A DNA stretch of 62,832 bases, counting the filler, from Bonamia ostreae (taxonomy: Eukaryota): assembly GCA_040357525.1 (NCBI GenBank). It is 43 parts of 43 records of this genome, joined end to end, with 100 filler letters (N's around TTAATTAATTAA, not from the genome) between each part and the next. Parts side by side here need not be neighbours in the genome. Positions count along the whole stretch, not along the records: positions 55,664 to 57,018 come from JBDODL010001971.1; positions 57,119 to 58,472 come from JBDODL010001972.1; positions 58,573 to 59,926 come from JBDODL010001973.1; positions 60,027 to 61,379 come from JBDODL010001974.1; positions 61,480 to 62,832 come from JBDODL010001975.1; 38 more parts are not named here. One strand, written 5' to 3'. A program made the position numbers and the translations under genes. Positions 55,664-62,832 of this stretch are shown here, in pieces. The first letter of the stretch is position 1, and the number at the start of each line of letters is the position of its first letter. The notes beneath the pieces are model-generated. The model did not search any database. It was not told where the DNA came from and saw nothing but the letters and a program-made list of their open reading frames with translations.

Positions 55664-57018
55664 TTATAGACATGAGCAGAATCGAATCCATTTACTATAT
55701 CATAATCAAGTAAAGCTGGTTTCTTAGCTATTGAATAACTAGTAGCCCATGCTGGTACTAACCCAGATATTTTAATCTGCACATAGGCATCTAAGTTTGT
55801 AGCATCATTCCTAAGAGGATTAATATCTACGCTACCAATAGGAATTGCATCTGAGCTTCTATTAAAATCATCGTAATATATGATTGCATATGATTGTTTT
55901 ACTCCATGTTTCAATGAATGGCCTGTTGCATCCTCTAATGGTATATACTGAGGTAGTATCTTAACACTCAGCAAAGGTTCACTATCATATCCATCTGTAT
56001 AACCACCAAAGACTAAAGAGTTTTGTATGATAGTTAAACTTCTTGCTTTATGAGGTACGTTATCGTAAAGCTTATTTATATCTTTCTGTGGTATTAACTT
56101 ATAAGTAGTGTCATTACAAAATTCTACTGTAGTTACTACACTAGGGGTATCTTTAATTATAGAATAAGCTTCCCCTGTATTGACATCAAAAGCTATTACT
56201 TCTACATATTTGACATCTGGACTAACATTAGGAATAGATGCATCAATATTTACACATGCTATATCATTTTGGATAAAGTTGTTATCATACTTTGCTTCAC
56301 CTATTACAGCCGCTTTCATAGTATAATCATATATCCCAGTAACTGAGCTAGTAGTAAGTAAATTTGAGAAACTATTTCCATCGTTTACAGACTTTTCAGT
56401 CTTACCATAATTATCACTACTATCTATATATCCTATATACAATGAGTTACCATCCAAACTCATATCCATAGATAATGAACTATCCCAAGTTATAGTTTCT
56501 TTATTATAATCCTGAGAATTAGGGAATGTTATACCTCCATCAGTGGATGTCTTGAATCCTATCTTAGTAGCTGTTGCATAAGCAACAGTAACCTTAGCTC
56601 CAGTAAGATCAGTGGCTATCTGTATTGACTTAAATGATAGTGTCCCTACGTTAAAATTATTTGATACAGTCCATGTAGAACCATAATCATAACTTCTTGC
56701 GATCTTAAAATCTTTGTTTGTATTTTGATTACCTACAACGACAAATACATTCCTTCCAGAAGAACTACAGCACAAAGCAATAATTTCTCCTTGACTATAA
56801 ATATTTGTCCCACTAGGATCAGAATTTTCATCTACGTGTAAAGTCCTTATATATGTTCCTGAAGCACCATTCTTTGTTGAAACACCTAAATCATCATTGC
56901 TTCCTAGATAAACATATTTCCCATTATCAGACATTGCCATAGGTCTTGTCCCTATGACATTAGAATTTGCACCTATCTCATAAACTTTACTTCCATGTTG
57001 GTTATAAACTTCTAAATC
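55664..57018 (-). CDS. Phage virion/tail protein fragment (Bacteroidota/crAss-like stabilisation or muzzle type) with Asp-box repeats
   Basis: Intronless and open across the whole contig; YDNVPHKARSL..IQNSLVFGGYTDGYD...SLKHG...YAIIYYDDFNRSS...VPAWATSYSI; SxDxGxTW/F repeats. Confidence 0.7.
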
Positions 57019-57161
57019 NNNNNNNNNNNNNNNNNNNNNNNNNNNNNNNNNNNNNNNNNNNNTTAATTAATTAANNNNNNNNNNNNNNNNNNNNNNNNNN
57101 NNNNNNNNNNNNNNNNNNACGTCAAAATTTCTCAAGTTCTGCGCTATTTATATTCTAACAG

Positions 57162-58321
57162 ATTAAAATCAATAGAAAAGTTTTCCAAAAAATGGTCAAT
57201 TGGATCAAAAACCAAAAAATTCAATTCTTTCGAAATCACAAAAAACAATATTTTTATCGGAAACGACGACGGCTCAATCGGAGTCTATGATCAAAATTCT
57301 ACCAAAAATGAGCTGAAACCGACTTTAAAAAATTATCTGGACCATCATTCCGACCGAATTTCAAAATTATCTTCATTCTCGCCAAAAACTTTTGTTTCCG
57401 CTTCTCACGACAACTCGATCGCGATTTGGGACAAATCCGACAAATTTGATTTGCGAAAATCGCTGAAACCGCATTCCGACAAAATCACCGGTCTGTCGAT
57501 TCAGCCAATGCGCCGCCATTTCGCAACATGCTCTTACGACAAAACTTGGGCTTTCATAGATTTAGAATACGCCAAAAAGTTGAGAAACTCCGAAAAACAG
57601 GAATCCGAGCTTATCTGTATAAGTTTCCACCCGGACGGTTTGATATTCGGCGCTGGGAGCAACGGAGGGGCGCTGAAAATGTGGGACATCAAATCCCAAA
57701 GCGATGTCGCCACGTTCGAACACGGAAAAACGAGTGTGACGGCGATAGCGTTTTCCGAAAACGGGTACTATCTCGCCTCTGGCGGGAGCGACGGAGTCGT
57801 AAGGCTTTGGGATCTGAGGAAATCAGACACAATCGCCAAACTTCCGAAGTTGAGTTCCGCTGTGGACGATGTCGTTTTTGACCCGTTTGGCGGATATTTG
57901 GCTGTTTGCGGCGATTTTGGTTTTTAGCAAATTTCAACGATCTGAAACAACTCAAAATGTCAGTTTCAAAGCTTAAAGCTTATTTAAACTGTTAGTAAAA
58001 CCAAGATAATAAGTTTGTAAGTTTAAAGCTTAAGCGATTGTTACCAAAGACCGAAAAATGTCTTTAAATAAAATTGAAAAATTTGTTTCACAGTTTTAAC
58101 AGATTTGCTTTAATTGTAAAATAAAATGTCGCTCTTTAAAAATTGTTTCTGGGCTTTAACGATCTTTGAAAACCAAAATAGGATTGTCTTTGTACACTTC
58201 GAAGAAATGGGAATCCGTGAAAAACTTGAACAAGAAAGGCGCAATAGCAATCAACTTTGACGAAGACAGATTGACTGCAATCCAAAAGAACGGTTCAGGC
58301 CTCATATCCTACGCTGTGTAA
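57162..58321 (+). CDS. PRPF19: Pre-mRNA splicing factor PRP19, WD40 region; intron 57920-58181
   Basis: HSDKITGLSIQP...S.DKTWAF.D...FHPDGLIFGAG...KMWDIKSQ...IAFSENGYYLASG..DGVVRLWDLRK...FD..G.YLAV. Confidence 0.93.
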
Positions 58322-59518
58322 CAAATTCAGTGACACCTTTTTGTAATTTCTAATATTTATTTACTTTTCAAACTTCCAAAAAAACTTTTGTGGTGAAGTC
58401 TCCCGTCCATTTTTTAAATATTTTTTCGACTTGTAATCGATTTGTAAAATTTTTTATTGAAATCGATTTGGANNNNNNNNNNNNNNNNNNNNNNNNNNNN
58501 NNNNNNNNNNNNNNNNTTAATTAATTAANNNNNNNNNNNNNNNNNNNNNNNNNNNNNNNNNNNNNNNNNNNNGTTTGATGTACTGTGGCTGTTTGTGAAA
58601 TTGACCACCGTTTAAATTAAATCAGTCAATATCAGTGAAACGTGAAGCTAACAAACATTGTCAAAATTCTAACAAGTAATACAAATGAAAAGTAAAGCAA
58701 CAAACAACATCAAAATTACGATATTGTAACAACAACTTTGCAATATCCAGTCAATGTGATAATGTGCTAGGCATCGTGTATATACAGAAATGTAGCTGTG
58801 AATTGTTTTGAACTCGCAATATTGTGATCAAATTTTACTAGTGTAATCCGAGAGCATGTAATGCAACACATTACATTTGTTATCATTATTCCGGGTAGGT
58901 GTTAAATTATTAATTCTGAAAAAGTTACGATAATCGATTTCTACACTGACTGCACTGAAACAACGATGTGCTCGGAGCAAACTTTGTGCAAAAAATTGGA
59001 GAAAATAGATCCATGGGTTTTTCAAAATTCGGACTTTAAAGGTTGAATTAAAAAGCAAAATTATGAATAAAGAAAGTTCGATGTAATCGGTATCATTGAT
59101 GAAACTGATGGTGTAGAAATGATCTCGTGTTTATACAATTTGCATCCCCCATACCACAAACAACATAAATGTTTATTTCCAATGTGAAGGTGGAGAAAAC
59201 AACCAATGGTCAATCTCATAAATCCTATAATGAATACAAAATTAAGAGCAGGGCTAACACGGACCCCATGGCACACCAGAGATGGGATAATGTGCCTTCG
59301 GGGAGTAAACACCTCTTGTTAACCAGTCATCCTCGCCTTGAGCCATATGTCTTAAACTAGTAAAGGATTATCATTTTGAGAAGTGGGTAAAAGTTAATAT
59401 TGTAACATAATATCATCCTGGAATGCAGACAATATCCTTGAAATATTAAAAGAAAAAATAACATGTACGTGGAATGTATTGATAAACAATTATCATACAA
59501 CGTATTAAAACCTCGTAC

Positions 59519-59644
59519 TCTGACATCCAAATGCAGAATCACAAACATCTTTCCCACAGGAACATATTCCTTGACAATTATCGCCAAAAGTTGGATAGGC
59601 ACACTCCGATAAGCATTGATCTCCTGTATATCCTAGACTGCACT
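59519..59644 (-). CDS. Host EGF-like (MEGF10-type) exon, phase 1-1
   Basis: CSLGYTGDQCLSECAYPTFGDNCQGICSCGKDVCDSAFGC between tttcag and gtacg. Confidence 0.82.
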
Positions 59645-60679
59645 CTGAAATCAAAGGCAACCCCTGTTAGTATCGTGCTGTGTATATGCATGAACAATGG
59701 TAAATTATAAATTGGTATTAAAACTTAAGACGTGTGGGGCCAACATGCGTTTTACTGTTGTCTGAGTCATATATAATGCCAGATTAAAGCTGAAAGCAGT
59801 TTTCAAATGTGGATATTTGATTCTGGCGAAAAGAATAGTGTCCGTAACAGTCCATTGATATATACAATGACAAAGCAAATCTTGAACTTCAGGTGAAGGC
59901 TTCTATTGGATCTGCCTATTAAAGTANNNNNNNNNNNNNNNNNNNNNNNNNNNNNNNNNNNNNNNNNNNNTTAATTAATTAANNNNNNNNNNNNNNNNNN
60001 NNNNNNNNNNNNNNNNNNNNNNNNNNTTCTCTTGGAAATTATAATTACCGTATCCAGAATTTTTCAGCAGTTACTAAACTTCGACTGTTTACATCAATAT
60101 GATAAAGATGTACAGATCTAATGGGGTGTTATGCTAATGTTCATAATATCGTTTTGTCATTTTAGGTACCGGTGAAGAGATAATTGAAATGCATTCCCTG
60201 TTTCAGTTTTTTAAAATTCATATAAAAACATTAACAACTATTTATGAATAATTTTACTATGTCTTTGAATGTAGGGACTTATAATAATTATTATCCTATT
60301 ATAAAATCAATTGCATATGTACAGCTTCTTTTAGTTAAATTAGAAAACTCTTAAAGATAGAAAAAAATTGTGGTAGGTTTCAATAAATAAATAAATAGAG
60401 AAAGAGAAAGATACTGTTTGCTTTTTTAAGCGTGTTTTATGTACAGTAAAAAACTAATTGGTCCACCTCTAATGCTTTAGACATTCTATGCAATTCTAGT
60501 TTAAGAATTGAATTTTATAATTAACGTTTTTATAGAACGATTCACACATTTTTTGTCTCTGTATAACATACTTTGACCATTCGTTAAATTCTATTGAACC
60601 GAATAATTGAAAGTTGCTATTCTGATGAAATAACAGTTACATATATTTTGCACTCTGCTTATGATACTATTTATTGCAG

Positions 60680-60895
60680 TAGATTAATGGTTAAGACTTT
60701 ATCAATGACATTGGCACCCTCTTCACAACCGGGAGGCCTGGGTTCGATTCTCGATTCCGACGCTACGCTAAACCCAAGACGTTAAACAAAAGCTGTGACT
60801 GTTCCTGCGCCATGCGCCCAACATTATAAATGGTAGCCATTGGTCTTTCAGATATAACATCAAAACGGAAGTTCCATGTCACGGTACATGAGTGA
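60680..60895 (+). mobile_element. Degenerate tRNA-derived SINE, host
   Basis: A-box-like TGGTTAAGA, B-box GGTTCGATTC and a bivalve-SINE-like body (AAGACGTTAAA...GTGACTG...TGTCACGGTA). Confidence 0.5.
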
Positions 60896-61532
60896 ACACT
60901 TTCGAAGGGGACTTTAAAAAACAAACACACCATTTAATTATATTGCTAGAGTATAAACTATTTAGACCAAACAATTTCCCATGATACTGAAAACTATTTC
61001 AACAGTTTACAGTTACCAGTAAAGTATCTCATTGGGGAAGGTAGCAATATTCCATTTTTCCGAGAAATACATGTATTTCCCGAGGTGAAGCCGAAGGAAA
61101 TATGCTTGTTCAAGGGGGACTGTATTCCTGCTGACTTCCTCATATTCCTCATAATCATATTCTTGATGATAATATGCTTGCTCAAGGGAAACTGGGATTT
61201 TGCTGACTCACTCAACGATATACTTTAATTGAATTGTTATGCCAATACAAAAGCTGAAACCAGAATAAAACTTTATACAATGTTGAAAATATGGATCTAT
61301 GGGACCTACTCGCCATATCTGGTTTCGTGAGCGGGGTCTTCTGCGGGGACCACTTAACTGGTGGTGTTCGGTCCTTGTGNNNNNNNNNNNNNNNNNNNNN
61401 NNNNNNNNNNNNNNNNNNNNNNNTTAATTAATTAANNNNNNNNNNNNNNNNNNNNNNNNNNNNNNNNNNNNNNNNNNNNAGATATAAAATAATTCGGATC
61501 ACCAAAAGCAATATTATCAATAAAAAATATTA

Positions 61533-62591
61533 ATGAAACAACAATTCCAAAACATGTTCGGAAACCCTTTTCCAAGACAATCAAATTTCGCCTTGGCGGA
61601 TATCCACGAAAGGAGGAAATTTGGAGAATCTAAAAATATAAAAAATCACGTCAATGTAAGAAAAATTGCTTTTATTAAAAAAAGACAAAACTATTTGTCT
61701 TTCAGTACATCAAAGATCAGAGCACAAATCAAACGAAGTTTGCAAATATTTTTATTAAAAGAACATTACAGAAACAAGAGAAGAAATGCAATATTCTTGA
61801 AAAACAAAAATAAACAAAGAAAGAAAAACGTTTTGTCGTTTGAAACAAAAGAATTGCGGAGAAACTTATTAAAAAATAAAATTCAGAGGGAATTGATAGC
61901 GAGGAACAAACGAGTTAGAGCAGAAAACAAAGTTTTGTTGAAGAGAAACTTTGTTGGAGAGAAAGAAAGAAAAATCGGGAAAATAGACAAAACTTGTAGG
62001 ACAAAACGGAAAAAGACAATTTTGAAGAAAAAAGTTACAAATCTTATCCCTTTCTTCTGCAACACAGATAAAGAAATTTCAAAACAGAAATTCAGTTTTA
62101 GAAAGTTAAAAGTAGAAAGAACAGAAACGATAATAAAGAAAGAAGAAAAAACAGAAAAGGTAATAAAGAAAGAAAAATCAACTTGCGCAAATAATATGCA
62201 AAATCGCACGAAAAAAATAACCGAGTTCCCTCCATTCTTCTGCAACACAGAGAAAGAAGCTCTAGAATGGAGAGCCAGCTTTAGAAGACAAAGAGAAGAA
62301 AGAGATACAATCATAAAGAAAGAAGAAACTTCTTGCTCAGAAGAACACGCAGGAAGCAATTCCACAAAAAGAGATTTGCCAGAAACAAAACACGATTCGA
62401 TAATAAAAGAAGAGAGAGAAGCAAACTCGGAGGAGACTGTGGCCAACATCGGCAACAGACAACTTTCGAATTTGCAAATGCTTTCGAACACAGAATTAGA
62501 AAAAATAGATATCGACGCGCTTACAAAGTGGATCGGGAGAATGTCCATTTCGAAAAAGACAAAAATTGCGGAAAGCGATCGATTTGATTAA
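61533..62591 (+). CDS. Uncharacterised 352-aa Lys/Glu-rich protein with an internal duplication
   Basis: Complete intronless ORF; PFFCNT(D/E)KE...SFR...ER..TIIKKEE occurs twice. Confidence 0.7.
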   Translation: MKQQFQNMFGNPFPRQSNFALADIHERRKFGESKNIKNHVNVRKIAFIKKRQNYLSFSTSKIRAQIKRSLQIFLLKEHYRNKRRNAIFLKNKNKQRKKNVLSFETKELRRNLLKNKIQRELIARNKRVRAENKVLLKRNFVGEKERKIGKIDKTCRTKRKKTILKKKVTNLIPFFCNTDKEISKQKFSFRKLKVERTETIIKKEEKTEKVIKKEKSTCANNMQNRTKKITEFPPFFCNTEKEALEWRASFRRQREERDTIIKKEETSCSEEHAGSNSTKRDLPETKHDSIIKEEREANSEETVANIGNRQLSNLQMLSNTELEKIDIDALTKWIGRMSISKKTKIAESDRFD

Positions 62592-62832
62592 TGATTAAAT
62601 ACTTCCAAAAATATTAAATTCCATTTTTGGTGAAACGATTTTTATTTTTTGCCATTTTACACAATTTGAAATTTTTCTGTCTACTTTTAGAGATGATAAT
62701 ATTTTGTGAATCATTTTTACTACCTCTGCATTTTAGATGACAAGTAAAGACTGAGAAGCTCTTTGGGAAAAAGTTACTTAGAATTTTGATTAATTTGTCG
62801 TTTTTCTTCGAATTTTGAATAATCTTAAGAAT

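Noticed and set aside
57901-58200. Non-canonical splice junction in PRP19
   Set aside because: Recounting shows an ordinary phase-1 GT-AG intron, 57920-58181, giving GDFGLSLYTSKKW.
60720-60770. tRNA gene at GGGTTCGATTCTC
   Set aside because: No closable cloverleaf and a SINE-like body follows; treated as a tRNA-derived SINE.

Overview
This window is not a contiguous locus. It is 43 unrelated contigs of 1,377 down to 1,353 nt, sorted by length and joined by 42 artificial 100-nt spacers (N44-TTAATTAATTAA-N44, stops in all six frames). Three sources are mixed. (i) About 25 contigs come from a very AT-rich, gene-dense protist using the standard code; an oyster-infecting ascetosporean or haplosporidian such as Bonamia is inferred, not proven. 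Its genes include class II DAHP synthase, UTP15, pelota, a DDX60-like helicase, RhoGAP, a SNAPC4-like Myb protein, Spc24, type II NADH dehydrogenase, a UAA transporter, a RING-PHD protein, PI4K-II, YME1/FtsH, CHMP5, ORC2, kinesin-14, PLAC8, mitochondrial bL19, TRAPPC4, XRN2, CYFIP and PRP19, plus decayed LINE copies. (ii) About 17 contigs look like bivalve (oyster-like) host DNA, with isolated canonical exons (Ig, PTP, EGF, macro/PARP14-like, dynamin-like), SINE/Helentron-type repeats and a decayed Polinton/adintovirus polymerase. (iii) One contig is from a Bacteroidota-type tailed phage. The strongest signal is the protist splicing system. Of 46 introns placed by hand using protein homology, 27 are 19-31 nt (mode 22), 42 start GTT rather than GTRAG, and 26 end AAG with no polypyrimidine tract. 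Several long introns are filled with roughly 10-bp-phased A/T-tract (PATC-like) tandem repeats. A candidate structured snRNA-like element lies at about 30.45-30.62 kb. All family calls are from motif recognition by eye; no searches were run.
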